A stretch of DNA of 64,000 nt from Eledone cirrhosa (Eukaryota): the NCBI GenBank assembly GCA_964016885.1, contig OZ024742.1:202306001-202370000 (forward strand), in the 5' to 3' direction. Below are positions 12,744 through 26,344 of the stretch, in pieces. The translations under genes and the position numbers were made by a program. Position 1 is the first letter of the stretch; each line of letters opens with the position of its first letter. The notes under the pieces were generated by a model that had not been told where the DNA came from, ran no database searches, and saw nothing but the letters and a program-made list of their open reading frames with translations.

Positions 12744-13587
12744 AATGTATAATATATATGTAGAAAGAAATGGTGAGTGGTATATATATAAATACATATA
12801 TATATATAAGAGGATATTTGTATCTTAATTTGCTTATATATATATATATGCTAAAAAAGCTTTTTTAGCTTTTGTTTACAAACAGCGGAGAATTTGAAAT
12901 TAGATAGTGAAATAGGGTCTCCGTTGCATTTATGACTAAGTAAATTAGCCTAATAATTTGGAGTTATAAAAACCCACAGAAATGGAAAAATGAATGAGCA
13001 TCTCTGGTTCCAATGGATATTGTATTAACAATTACATCAATACACCACTCACACAAACTTCTATTAAATTTGAAGTTATATAATTATAGTGTGTGAATAC
13101 ATATATATAATATACAGAGAGATAGATTTAAAAGATTTGAAGTCAATGTTGCAGCATATGAACAAACTTTATCTGCATATTACAATTGTTCCGATATCGA
13201 TGAGCTCAGGGTACAATCAAGATGGCGGGGCCAAACCCTTTTCATCATCTCGCCATATATATATTTCTAAGAATCAATGAAATAAAGGTTGACAGATGTT
13301 TTATAATCGTATTTATTGGACAATAGGTATATCAGTGACACCTGTGTGGGGGTGTTATGCGATCATTACAACAACAACCGGCACCGTTTGATCGCCACCG
13401 TTACGCTGGATAGATACGAGTGACGTGGAGTGCTTATGTCTGCTTAAACATACATCGTGCATCCACGAGACATCAAAATACGACCGATAAGCAACACCAA
13501 TTAGCAACTTTACACAATATTAGATTCACTAGATTCGTGGTTTGCTGAATGTGAAACGTTATTTTATTAGTATACATACATACATAT

Positions 13588-14681
13588 ACCAGATAGAAAA
13601 ATGCGTACAGCAAAAAAAAGTAATATTGTTGGAATATAAACCTTTAAAAATACAGGACAAGAAACTAAAATAAAACTTTAAAAGAATAGGACAAGAAACT
13701 AAGATAAAACTTTAAAAGAATAGGACAAGAAACTAAGATAAAACTTTAAAGAATTAGACAAGAAATAAAAAATCTTACAATAATATTAGTGGCAAAATTT
13801 TTATTGGTAAAAAATCGAGTTCCACATTCATAGGCTCTGGGTTCCACATTCAGAGGTCGTCGTCAGACCGGGGGGATCATTTGATCCTGGTTTGAACACC
13901 AATTAGGCCATAACCATACCCCTATTTCATCATTCGGCGACACGCCTCATGTGTCATGCATAATGTGAATGGACCCATGGGCCCATGAGCACAGATCTTG
14001 AGCAGCAGCGGACGGTCTTGTCGTCCCGCTCATCCTTGATCTTGACCAACCCGTCCATCTTCTCCTTGCATCTTGTCCTTGAGTTCAAGTCCGGCAGTCC
14101 AGATGAATGCGTGCCACAGCTTTCTGGTACAGGAAGGGGGAGCAGGAGGACTGGAGGGATGACGGGACAGAGGGAGGGAGGACCGGTGGTTGAGAGAGGT
14201 GCCGTAGTCGGTGGTCAGAGTCGACATCTTGTCCCGGTCGTCTTCTCCATCTTCGTCTGGTGTTGCAGGACCAGAAGTGCTTTCTTGGAGGAGACCTGCA
14301 GCTGCATCGGCCAATTCTTCTTGCAATGGTCATTCTGACGGAGCAGAACTGCTCAGCCAACCAACCCCAACCAGAACCAACCGCTCAGAGGCAACGCACA
14401 ATGAGAGCATGACAATTATTATGCACTAATCAAGAAGATACAGAGTATAGCACAGGAAACGAATAAAAATATTTTGCCACTAATATTATTGTAAAATTTT
14501 TTATTTCTTGTCCAATTCTTTTAAGTTTTATCTTAGTTTCTTGTCCTATTATTTTAAAGTTTTATCTTAGTTTCTTGTCCTATTCTTTTAAAGTTTTCTT
14601 TTAGTTTCTTGTCCTGTATTTTTAAAGGTTTATATTCCAACAATATTACTTTTTTTTGCTGTACGCATTTTTCTATCTGGT
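13588..14681. mobile_element. Element with ~215-bp terminal inverted repeats containing ~31-bp subrepeats around a GC-rich core
   Basis: 13588-13805 is the near-perfect reverse complement of 14462-14681; each arm has tandem GGACAAGAAACTAAGATAAAACTTTAAAAGAATA-like units. Confidence 0.7.
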
Positions 14682-15125
14682 CTACTATTTTTTAAGGCAA
14701 TGCAAGCAACAACTATCTAATAATTAAATGATCATAGTGAATTACTGACAAGTGATTGACATTTTAAAGTTCTTTTGAGTATAATTGCAATCTAGTTGAG
14801 GCAACTGGCTTAATGACAAAGCTACATCATTTCTGGATTACCTGCCCTAGCGTCACGCTTACTACTCACTCACTTGAACACAAGATTTATCAGCAAACTT
14901 TGATTATAAACTTTTTCCCGCTGGACCAAATTTCTAGATTTTTAAGCCAAAAGATGCGTAATGATCTACTGTTCATGCTCATATAAGTTTTATCTCAGTT
15001 AAATAAAGTAGAGACGCGCTGTACTGTCGTAAACAGACGATTGCCAACGAAAACACGACCACAACAATATTACTAAACGGACTAACGTCCGTTTAGGATA
15101 TATATAAATATACTAAGAAAAAACG

Positions 15126-15201
<76 letters not shown>

Positions 15202-16131
15202 TATATATATATATACATCAATCGTTTTTTTTTACTAAAGAAATTTTAGCCTGATAGTGGTGTTTAGAACCCTCAAAGAAATGTAAAAAGATGTGGTCTG
15301 ATTAACCAAAGATGTGGATTCGACTCCAAGGTACGTCAATACTCATCTTTCTCCATTTCTTTGAGAATTCTAAACTCCACTATCAGGCTAAAATGTCATT
15401 AGTCAAAAATACGGCGAAAGCTTCTATTTCTAATTTCAAATTCGCTCGCTGTTTCAAAACATATTACTTGTCATATATATATATATATATTGGTAAAAGA
15501 AAAAGAAAATGCTGACAAATTGTTCCCAGTGAAAAATAGTTTAATTAGGAATAAGCAAAAATTAGTAATAAGTATTGGTTAGTATTCAGTTTTAGTTTTA
15601 AGTTTTTACCTAATGCTTTTCAAAAAAAATTTTGAGATAGAGCGCCCGTGATGTTTGCTCTAATCTGATTAGTTTTGGAAATTCTACCTGTTTTATGTGA
15701 AAAAAGTGGCTTCAGAGGTATTAAAATAAGTTTCGCGCCAATTCGTGTTGCAAAAATTCTTGTGGTCAAAACAATTTTGATTAGTCGGTAGAGGTCACGT
15801 GAATGTTAAAAATTGATTTTGCGCCAAATGTAGGTTTGTCGAAGAGTGTCCTTTCTCGCCTGATTGAGAAGTCACTGAAAAATAAGTCTTTTAAGACAAA
15901 TATGTGTGTGTGTGTGGTGTGTGTGTGTATGTGTATGTCTATGTGTGTGTGTGTGTAGGAGAGTAATTCGTGGTAGAGGGATCGGTCAGTTGGAATGTGT
16001 CTGTACGTGTGTGGGGGATATTTTAACATGTTGAAAGATATATTTCAGCTCTTGTCTTATACGGAGAAGTGTGTGTGTGTGTGTGTGTATGTCTCTTTGT
16101 ATGTTAGTGTACGCGTGTGTATGTGTGTGTG

Positions 16132-16276
<145 letters not shown>

Positions 16277-16409
16277 ACCAGTATTTTTGTGATACTGGTA
16301 AAAATGGTGTACATTATTCGATATTTTCAGCAAAAACGATTCTCTCAAGAGAACATCAAAAACATTAATAATAAAAGGTGTGAAATGATATATAGTATTA
16401 ATATAAATA

Positions 16410-16486
<77 letters not shown>

Positions 16487-16491
<5 letters not shown>

Positions 16492-18410
16492 GGAGGTCAG
16501 TTTTATTGTAGCACAATAAAGCAATGCAAATATCGGATAAGTTTCACTCTACAGTTTGTATTGTAGGACTGGAGTATAAATAATATAAGATCAAAAGATG
16601 GTTAAAAGAGTTCCAAGTATTTTATTTTGCGTATTTCAAAAACAAATATCATCATGAGATGATATCTGCGTTCTCATCAGATAAAATAGGGATACATGAT
16701 ATGAAGCTCAAAAAACACTTGTGAATAGTGAAATTTTAAATCAACATATGAAAAATAAATTAAGATTGATGTATGAGATTGGGAAAAGGTGGGGGGGGGG
16801 GGTAAGGAAGATGAAGAGATGAGAGTAAAGAATGGTGGGAGAGGAGTATACGAAGGAATGATGAGAGAGGAGGAGAGATGCGTGATAGAGAGAGAGAGAT
16901 AGCCTTTACAACTGAGAAAAAATATATATTGTCTCACAGAGAGAAATTAAAAAGCCGTTGGAAGATAATAGATAATTTAAAAGAATTTGAAATTAAAAGT
17001 TAATGAGGTTTATGCATGAAGAGAAAAAGGAATTAAGAATAATATTAAATTAAGATCTGTATATTGAAGGGTTTAATAATATGTGCGAGGAAAAGAAATT
17101 ATTAATATGTATTATTAAAATAAAAATATTTATGTTATTAAGGATATAATGTGAAAAGAAGGAGAAGAGTAAAGGAGTTATGAATTTAGAGGAATTAGTT
17201 AGGGTTTAAGTTTGTTTTTATGTAATGTAATATGTGTACGTAAATAGCTTGTTTAAAAATGAGCGCAGAAGGCAAAGAAGAACAGAATGTTTAAGGAAGA
17301 AAATATCTAACATCAAAAAAATATATATGTTTACGAAATATTTTCTAATGGTAATAATATAATATATTAAAAGAAATTAGTTAGGGTTTAAGTTTGTTTT
17401 TATGTATTGTAATATGTAAAAGTCAAACGAGCATGAAAGGATGGAGAGGATAACAGAAATTTAAGGAAGAAAAAATCTAACGTCAAAAAAATTATATGTT
17501 TACGAAGGACTTCTAATGGTAATACTATAATGTATCAAAAAATAATAATTTTTATGGCCAATGATATGAGGAAAGATGGAAGAATGGATAATGTTGTGGT
17601 GAGTAATTATAAGAATTGAGTAGTAGTTAGGAAGAAAAGGTACAGATTAGAGGTTAGAAATTAAAAAGAAAAGAGGAAGAAAGGAAAATGATAAAGAGGA
17701 ATTATATAGAATGATTAAATTGTATTATATAATATCTAATAAATAATATTGAAATAAGGTAGAAAGATGGGTATATTTGTAAAAGATATGAGCCTTTGAG
17801 AAAAAGGATTTTAAACTAATAAGGTATTAGATATTAGCTGTATACTTTATGGAATGTTCTGTGGAATTTATGCAAGCAGAGAGAAAATAAATCCGTGCGT
17901 CTATTTATTATAGAACTGAAATTAAAAATAATGGTAAATTTCTCAGCTAGGCAGAGATTATATGTTCTGGATAGGGAGGAATTCAAGTAAGGAAAGGCAG
18001 AACAAACTTTTCTCCAAGAGATGTTATAGTAAATATTTTTGTCTTTCAAGGACCATATGAGTTCCGAGAGTGCCGTGTTAGTTCTTTTCAGTTGGTATCT
18101 AAAAGACGAATTGTGATTATAAAATCTAGTTTTGAAGGAGGTGGAGGTGGAACCGAAATAGGTAAAGGAATTGGTATCAGTTATAACCTTACATTCATAG
18201 ACTAAGTTTTTATCAAGACAATGGTTATTAAGAGGACATTTAGTTCTAACAGGGCAATTACAATTACGATTAGAGAAATTAACAGAGTTATTAACAAGTG
18301 ACCTAGTGTTATTTATAGGAGGAATTGGATTGGAGAAGTTATTTACGATAGGAATAATAGTACCACAGATGATGTTGCAGATGTGCAACGAAAGAACTTT
18401 GTTAGAATAT
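16487..18410 (-). mobile_element. AT-rich PLE (family C): GIY-YIG C-terminus, long 3' UTR and pLTR
   Basis: ORF 17834-18388 has CNC..CPL..HCL, LVYEC, TYFGSTSTSFKTRFYNH and NLCL.EKF. The pLTR HHR at 16618-16688 has a mutated cleavage triplet. Confidence 0.85.
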
Positions 18411-18937
18411 ATATATATGTTTATATCTATATTATATCTGTACTTTTGACCGTTGGTTAGTCAATGATAAACATTGAGGACCAAATGAATTAACTGTGGA
18501 GATATAAAAAATACAGAAACGAAAACCAACCAATCAGTGAGTGTGTTCTGTTATTATTTCTGGCAATATTATTACAACAATGACCTTCCCCAAGTATAAC
18601 AATATATATATATATATAAATATATATATATATATGCGTGTCTGTGTGCGTGTATATATATATATATATTAGTTTTACGGTAATCCTTAGTTACAGCATT
18701 ATGTTGCAGTTGATGGTAAGTACTGCGCTCCACTTGATATAGATTGCCAGTTTTATCGGAGTGGACGTGCATGGCATTAGAATCCTTAAGATCCCATTAA
18801 GGGTGAAATAAGCGATTCTTTGCTTAAATTTAAATCTGTTATTTTAATAAATATTTGCTCTACGGTTCTTATATATTTGATATATATTTATCCTTATCGA
18901 GCCCTCTTTGGATTTTAGTCTTCAAATTTATTATCAT

Positions 18938-18979
<42 letters not shown>

Positions 18980-19162
18980 CAAGAAATAAGAGTGAAATGG
19001 TTTGCTATACAATAAGGGCTTTATTCACATTGCTGACAAGTACACGGAGTACTCTTACTAGACTACATCTAAGTGGACTGCCTATAACGATAACCTGTTA
19101 TCCCGTATTCCCGTATATGTATATATATATATATATATATACATATATATTTATATATATAT

Positions 19163-19283
19163 ATAGGAACCAGTAAGACCCCGACGGTTGAGCTCAAGCC
19201 GTTTCGACGGCTAATTCTGGACTGTCCAGAATTAGCCGTCGAAACGGCTTGAGCTCAACCGTCGGGGTCTTACTGGTTCCTAT
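19163..19283. repeat. Perfect 60-bp-arm palindrome (1-nt spacer) heading a short repeat (family F)
   Basis: Arms checked base by base; centre T19223. The tail 19284-19362 recurs at 28980-29062 and inverted at ~46005-46082. Confidence 0.95.
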
Positions 19284-19359
19284 TACCCACTCTACTACCC
19301 TAAGTATTGAGTACTTTGGTGCGTTATGGTCCACCTGGTTCCTTACCACATTTCCTTCG

Positions 19360-19418
<59 letters not shown>

Positions 19419-19819
19419 GTATGTATGTATATATGTATACTCACACATTATATACATATATATGCGCATGCCTATACGCCTTACAACCAAACAATGTGAA
19501 AACGTGAAATGTGAAAACGTGAAAGTTTATATAAAAATCTAGGCAGAGATTTCGTTAATCTAATCAATTTAACAAGCTAAAACTACTAAAGTTTTCCCCC
19601 TTTAGTTGTGTGGAAATAATTATTGGTTTAATACAAGTATAGTACTGTTTATGTCCCATGTATGACCTAGCATTAGGTAGAACTGTGAGCAGAGATGGGG
19701 CAGGGTTAGAGAGAGATAGAGAAAGTGGGAGTATATATGATTACGTGTGAAAGGTAGAGAGATATATAGATAAAGAGGAGGATGGTAGTTGCGGGGAGAG
19801 TATTGAGCAATATTTGAGG

Positions 19820-21603
19820 GTTGGTGAGTGTTAGAGAATGTGTGTGTGTGGGTGAGACTGATGCAGAGAGGCAAGAGTTGTAGTGGGAGTAGTAGAAAGA
19901 GTAGTCAGGATAAGGGGAGGGTTAGTGAGAGATAAAGAACACATAAACTGAGCTATATATATACATATGTATGTATAAAGAGAGAGAGAGAGAGAGAGAG
20001 AGGCAGGGAGGGAAGGAGAGAGAGAGATATTTATAGAAACAGAGGTGGTGGTAGTGGTGATGATAGTGGTGGCAGGAGTGATATTGACAAAAAGAGAAGT
20101 GAGCTGTGAGGGAGGGTTAGTGGGAGATAGAATGAATGTGTGTGGGGGGAGTGTTGCGAGAGAGAGGGGGGGGGCGTAATAGGCAGACAGATTACTCACT
20201 GTGATGTGGGCAGAGTATGTATTAAAGCGTAATTGTATGAGTAAGGAAAAATACAGACTGTTGTGAGAGAGAGCGAGAGAGAGGGGTGAGAGAGAGAATG
20301 AATAGAAGGAGACAAGGGGAGGAATAGAGGGAGAGAGGGAAGGAATAGAGGCAGTGAGATACCGAGAGAGAGAGAGAGAGTCGGAGAGAGCGAGTGTGTG
20401 TGTCTGTGCATTTGTATGAGTGAATGTGTGGATGAGTGGAAAGGAGATAGAGTATGTGAGTGTGAAAGTAGAAGATAGTAAGTTAGTGTGCATATGTTTT
20501 AGTGTGTGTATGTGTGTGTGTGAGTGAGAGAGCGAGTGTGAGAGTGTGAGTGTGTGTGTATTTATGTGTATGTGTGAATGTGTGTGTGTGAGAGAGCGTG
20601 AAAGAGGGAGAGAGAGTGTATGTGTGTGTATATGTGTGAGTGTGTGAGAGAGAGAGTGAAAGCGAGAGAGAGAGTGTGTGTCTGAGAGAGAGAGTGTGTG
20701 TGAGAGAGAGAGTGTGTGTGTGAAAGAGAGAGTGTGTGTGTGAAAGAGAGAGTCTTTCTGTGTGTATGTGTGAATGTGTGTGAGAGAGAGTAAAAGTGGG
20801 AGAGAGAGAGTGTGTGAGAGAGAGAGTGTGTGTGAGTGAGAGAGAGTGTGTGTGTATGTGTGAGTGTGTGAGAGAGTGTAAAAGGGAAATAGAATGTGTG
20901 TGGGTGTGTGTGTATGTGTGAGTGTGTGTGAGAGAGAGGGGGTGAGCGTGTGCGTAAGTTGAAGAAGGGGTGGGTGTATGAGCGAGAGAGATAGAGGGAG
21001 AATATGTAGGAGTTTGTGAGAGAGTGAATGAGAGAGAAAGAGTGTGTGTAGGAATATTTGACTGTGTGTGTGTGTGCTTGTGTATGTGTTTGTGTGTGTG
21101 TATGTGCTTGTGTGTGTGTATGTGCGTGTGTGTACTTGCGTGTGTGTATGTGCTTGTGTGTGTGTATGTGCTTGTGTGTGTTTGTGTTTGTGTATGTGCT
21201 TGTGTGTGTGTGTATGTGCTTGTGTGTGTGTATGTGCTTGTGTCTGCTTGTGTGTGTGTGTATGTGCTTGTGTGTGTGATTGTGTGTATGTGCGTGTGTG
21301 TGTATGTGCTTGTGTGTGTGTGTGTATGTGCATGTGTGTGTGTTTGTGCTTGTGTGTGCTGTGTGTGTGTGCTGTGTGTGTGTGTGTGTGTGTGTGGGCC
21401 TGTGTATGTGCTTGTATGTGTGTATGTGCTTGTGTGTGTGTATGTGCTTGTGTATGTGCTTGCGTGTGTGTATGTGCCTATGTATGTGCTTGTGTACTTG
21501 TGTGTGTGTATGTGCTTGTGCATGCGCTTGTGTGAGCTTCTGTGTGATTCTGTGTGTGTGCCTGTAGGTGTGAGGCGTCGATGGTGAGTTAGAGAGATAC
21601 ATT

Positions 21604-21650
<47 letters not shown>
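19820..21650. repeat. Compound (GA)n/(GT)n low-complexity tract with GTGTATGTGCTT-type minisatellite
   Basis: Directly visible; source of the spurious His/Thr and Cys/Val ORFs. Confidence 0.9.
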
Positions 21651-21653
<3 letters not shown>

Positions 21654-21899
21654 AAGCGATAACTAGATAGATATAGGGGGAGAGGTAGTGTGTGAGTGTG
21701 TAAGAAACAAAGAAAGAGTGTAAGAGTGTGTAGAAAGAGAAAATGAGAAAAGGAGAGAAGGAGAGAGTGAGTGTATAAGATCTGAGAGAGAGAGTGTTAG
21801 ACGGTGATATAGAAATAGAGAGAGGGGGTATTAAAAGCGGTGATGTGTGAAAAGGCCGTGAGTATTAATTGATTGGGGATTGGGAAGTATTTTAGCTAC

Positions 21900-23130
21900 T
21901 GTTGATGGTGGTGTTGGTGGTGATGATGATGGTGGTGGTGGTGGTGGTGGTGGTGGTGGTGGTGGTGGTGGTGGTGGTGGTGGTGGTGGTGGTGGTGGTG
22001 GTGGTGGTGGTGGTGGTGGTGGTGGTGGTGGTGGTGATGGTGGTGGTGATGGTGGTGGTGGTGGTGGTGGTGGTGGTGGTGGTGGTGGTGGTGGTAGCAG
22101 TGGTGTTGGTGATGGTGAAAGTGGTGGTGTTGGTGGTGGTGATGGTGGTGGTGGTGGTGGTGGTGGTGGTGGTGGTGGTGGTAGCAGTGGTGTTGGTGAT
22201 GCTGAAAGTGGTGGTGTTGGTGGTGGTGGTGGTGGTGGTGGTGGTAGCTGTGGTGTTGGTGATGGTGAAAGTAGTGGTGTTGGTGGTGGTGATGGTGGTG
22301 GTGGTGGTGGTGGTGGTGGTGGTGGTAGCAGTGGTGTTGCTGATGGTGAAAGTGGTGGTGGTGGTGGTGGTGGTGGTGGTGGTGGTGGTGGTTGTGGTGG
22401 TGGTGGTGGTGGTAGCAGTGGTGTTGCTGATGGTGAAAGTGGTGGTGGTGGTGGTGGTGGTGGTGGTGGTGGTGGTGGTAGCTGTGGTGGTGGTGGTGGT
22501 GGTGGTAGCTGTGGTGTTGGTGGTGGTGAAAGTGGTGGTGTTGGTGGTGATGGTAGCAGTGGTGGTGTTGGTGGTGTTGGTGGTGGTGGTGGTGGTGGTG
22601 GTGGTGGTGGTGGTGGTGGTGGTAGCTGTGGTGTTGGTGGTGGTGAAAGTGGTGGTAGTGGTGGTGATGTCGGTGGTAGCAGTGGTGGCAGTGGTGGTGG
22701 CAGTGGCGGCGGTGGTGGTGGTAGAGGTGGTTGTAGCGGTGGCGGTAGTGGCGTCTATGGCAGCGATGATGGTTGTGGTGGTAGTAGTAGTGGTGGTGGT
22801 GGTGGTGATAGTGGCGGCAGTGGCGGCGGGGGTAGTGTTGTCGTGGTGGTAGCGGTTGCGGTCGTGGAATATGTGGCGGCTGAGGCGGCCGCTGCGCTTT
22901 TGTTGCTAGTGGTGCTGGTGGAGGGGGTGTGAGTCCAGATGATGATGTTGATGGTGATGTTGATGATGGTGTCGTTGGGGGTGATGGTGTCGGTGGTGGT
23001 AGTGGTGGTGGTGATGGTGTCGGTGATGGTGTTGGAGATGGTGTTGGAGATATTGTTGACGATGCTGTTTGTGATGTTGGTGATGGTGCCGGTGGTGTCG
23101 GTGGTGATGTTGATGTTGGAGTTGGTAGTT
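21900..23130. repeat. (GGT)n trinucleotide tract with interspersed variant units
   Basis: Directly visible. Confidence 0.95.
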
Positions 23131-23475
23131 GAGGATAGAGGATAAACAGAATCGTAAGAACTTCTGACGAAGTGCTTTACAGTATTCCACTCAGCCCTCC
23201 CTCAACAAACCTATGAAAAGATGTTCTAGTTGCGACCAACCTGCGTTTCTTTCAAATTGGGAACGACATTCGTCACTGTAAACTTTATTCAAGGCGTTAA
23301 GAAGACATTTGAGGAAGATTTCGCTGCTGTTTCAAACAGATCCACGAGTAATATAGATGGTCCCTTGTTGAAGAACGAAACAAGCAGATAATATCGATCA
23401 CTCTCTCAATCTTTTTTCTCTCATTCCAGCCCTCATCATTCCTAAACATATTTGTTTCAAAATGATCGCTTAAGC

Positions 23476-25744
23476 CATGCATGGCAAACATGCGGTCCGC
23501 GGGTCGCATGTGGCACTTTGGAAGCACACCTGCGGTCCGCACAAAGGTTTTTTTTACAGCGCGAGCATGTTTTGTCTTCGTAATATAAAATTAAAAAAAT
23601 GTTTCGATACGATTGTTTTTTGTTTTGTTGTGTTTTGTTTTGGTGCGATTTTTGTCAACGACTTTTAACTTCCGGCGAATCACGTGCATCTCATTAACAG
23701 TTGTAAACAGAAAGCTTTCTTTCAAAATTTCAAAAGTTTTTTTTCCTTTTAAAATGGCTAGAGCTCCTCCAGCTAAAAGAAAAAAGGAAATTGAACGAAG
23801 AAGGGCGAGTGTTTCAAGAAAAGTGGGAATTACACTTTTTTTGTACAACGGTGAACGTAAAGATACTCTGTTTAATGAAATAAAAAAATGTTTGTTTCAA
23901 TTGATTTTTTTTTGGTACAATTTTTGTGAACTACTTTTAACTTCCGGCGAATCACGCGCAGCTCATTAACAGTTCTAAACAGAAAACTTTCTTTCAAAAT
24001 TTCAAAAGTTTTTACTTTTAGAATGGCTAGTGCCCCTCCAGCTAAGAGAAAAAGGACATTGAACGAAAAAATGCGAGTGTTTCAAGAAAAGTGGGAATTA
24101 CAGTATTTTTGCACAGCGGTGAACGGAAAGATACACTATTTAATTTGCAACAACTGCATCGCCACGCCAAAAGAGTACAATTTGAAAAGGTATTATGAAA
24201 CAAACCATCGATCTTACCACAAATATGAAGGCCCAATGCGTGTTTCAAGACTCAAGGAATTGATGGCTAACTTGACACAGCAACAGACGTGTTTTATGAA
24301 ATTTCAGGAAGAGAATGTCACTTCCATTACTGCAAGCTATAAAATTAGCCGAATGATCCTGATGAGTGGGAAATCTTACAGTGAAGGATATTTTGTAAAG
24401 CAATGCCTTGTAAAAACAGCTGAAATTGTATGTCCGGAGAAAGGACAGTTATTCAAAAATATTTCATCAACCACGAATACTGTTGCTGAACGGATTGCTG
24501 AAATATCAAGTGATCTGAAACAACAGTTGAAGGCTATATCATCAAGGTTTTAATATTTTTCTATTGCTATTGATGAGACCATTGACACCACAGGAATAGC
24601 ACAGCTTGCATTCTTGATCAGCGCCTGTGACAGTGAATTTAATATTTATGAAGAACTGATTGAACTGGTCCCCTTGCATGGCACTATAACAAGCCAGGAC
24701 ATATTTGAGAAGTTCGAGCAGGTACTGCAAAACTATGGCTTTGATTTGAGTAAACTTGCATGCTTATCTACTGCGAATATGGTTGGCAGATATAATGGTG
24801 TTGCTGCCAAGTTACGAACAAAAATAGAAAACTCGCATCCAAATTCATCATTTGCACATTTTCACTGTATTATTCAATAGCAAAATTTGTGTTCAAAGAT
24901 TTTAAAATTGCATCATGTGCTTAGCTTGGTCACAACGATAGTGAACTATATCAGTGAACTATATTAGTTCATTTTCCTACATGCAAAGAGCTGAAAAACA
25001 CTGCCAATACTGAGTCTGTACTTAGCTTTGCTAAGTATGAGTCATCTGGAATTGTTGTCAAAGGCATTTCAGGATAGATTTTGTGATTTCTCATCTTTAG
25101 AACATTAGTTTGCATTATTCGCAGCAACATTAACCTTTGATGTTGGCAAGGCAGAAGAAAGCCTTCAGATGGAACTATTGGAAATGCAGTCGGATTCTAC
25201 ACTCAGAGCAAAGTATCTCGAAGTGGAGATACCTGGTTTCTTTTCATACCTTCCTGAAAAGTTTTAAAAACATCAGAAAGTTTGCCACAAAGATTATGGC
25301 AATGTTTGGTTCTAACTATGTATGTAAACAGTTATTTTCCTTCATGAAATTAAAAAGATCTTATCAGAGAACAACGCAGACTGATCAACACTTGTCATCC
25401 CTGATCAAAGTTGGAACAGTACAGACATTTCAGCCAGACATACGAAACATCGTCAACAAAAAGGAGTGTCAAGCCTCAAGACAAAACGCTAAAAATGGTT
25501 TAATAGTAACAAATAAATGTTCAGTTTTGTACTGTTGTAGTTTTTGTTCAATGTATGTGTTGCTGCTGTAAGCTGCAAGTATATGTTGCCATTTAAAATG
25601 TTAGTTTTTTGTCAAACCACTTCATTTCTTTATATTCTTGAATGCTACTAAAACATTGTATGTTTCTAAATTTAAGTAACACACTTTTCTGCAACACATA
25701 TATGACCCATGTGGCCACTGGGGGACCCTCAGTTTGACAGTCTG
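23476..25744 (+). mobile_element. hAT (Buster/SPIN/Charlie-type) DNA transposon, complete ends, inactivated and internally deleted transposase
   Basis: TIRs CATGCATGGCAAAC / GTTTGACAGTCTG. 8-bp TSD GCTTAAGC at 23468-23475 and 25745-25752 with central TA. Motifs RVFQEKW..YF, CxxC, FSIAIDET.D, HCII and FGSNYVCKQLFS, with stops and frameshifts. Confidence 0.92.
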
Positions 25745-25769
25745 GCTTAAGCCATTCCTGAGCTATTGC

Positions 25770-26095
25770 TGTTTATATACAGACGTTTGCAATGGAGGAA
25801 AATATCGAGAACGGTACGCGATCAAAATTTGCGTGAAACTCAACAAATCTGCCACCGAAACTTTTAATTCTTTTACACAAGCTTATGGAGATGCCACTGT
25901 ATCGAGAAGTATGTTTTTTATGTAACACGAATCTTTCAAAAGGTGCCGAGAAAATAATGAAGACGGATCTCGTTCTGGAAAGCCAATCTCATTCACAAAT
26001 GAACAAAATATGGAAGTGGTGCGAGTGGAGATCACGGAAAAACACCGATTAAGTGTTAGGTTGGTTGCTGATGAAACAGGATTGGAAAAATATTT
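25770..26095 (+). mobile_element. Mariner transposase N-terminal (HTH) fragment
   Basis: ERYAIKICVKLNKSATETF..FTQAYGD..VSRS followed by ...RSGKP resembles the mariner paired-like HTH. Confidence 0.7.
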
Positions 26096-26142
26096 AATTA
26101 AAACATTTTGAAGAACATTCTCTGTTTAATCAGCTCTTAAAT

Positions 26143-26326
26143 ATTGTTTCTACTTTTGGCACAAGGCCAGCAATTATCCCAGTACATTACTGGTACTTTA
26201 TTTTATCGACCCCGTAAGGATGAAAGGCAAAGTAAACCTCGGCGGGAATTGAACTCAGATCGTAAAGGGACGTAACTATGCTGGAAAGCATATCCTACCC
26301 TCTACCGATACTGCCAATTCACCGCC
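26143..26326 (-). mobile_element. tRNA-derived SINE, family 1
   Basis: Reverse complement of the 12551-12743 family. Confidence 0.8.
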
Positions 26327-26344
26327 CTTAAATATTACTGCAAC

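Noticed and set aside
19831-21602. 346-500 aa His/Thr-rich ORFs
   Set aside because: Translations of (CA)n/(CT)n tracts; open in several frames.
21880-22932. Gly-rich 350-aa ORF resembling a structural protein
   Set aside because: Almost only GGT codons and open in two frames; a microsatellite, although an exon cannot be fully excluded.
23160-23195. CTGACGA followed by a hairpin
   Set aside because: No GAAA or NUH after the stem.
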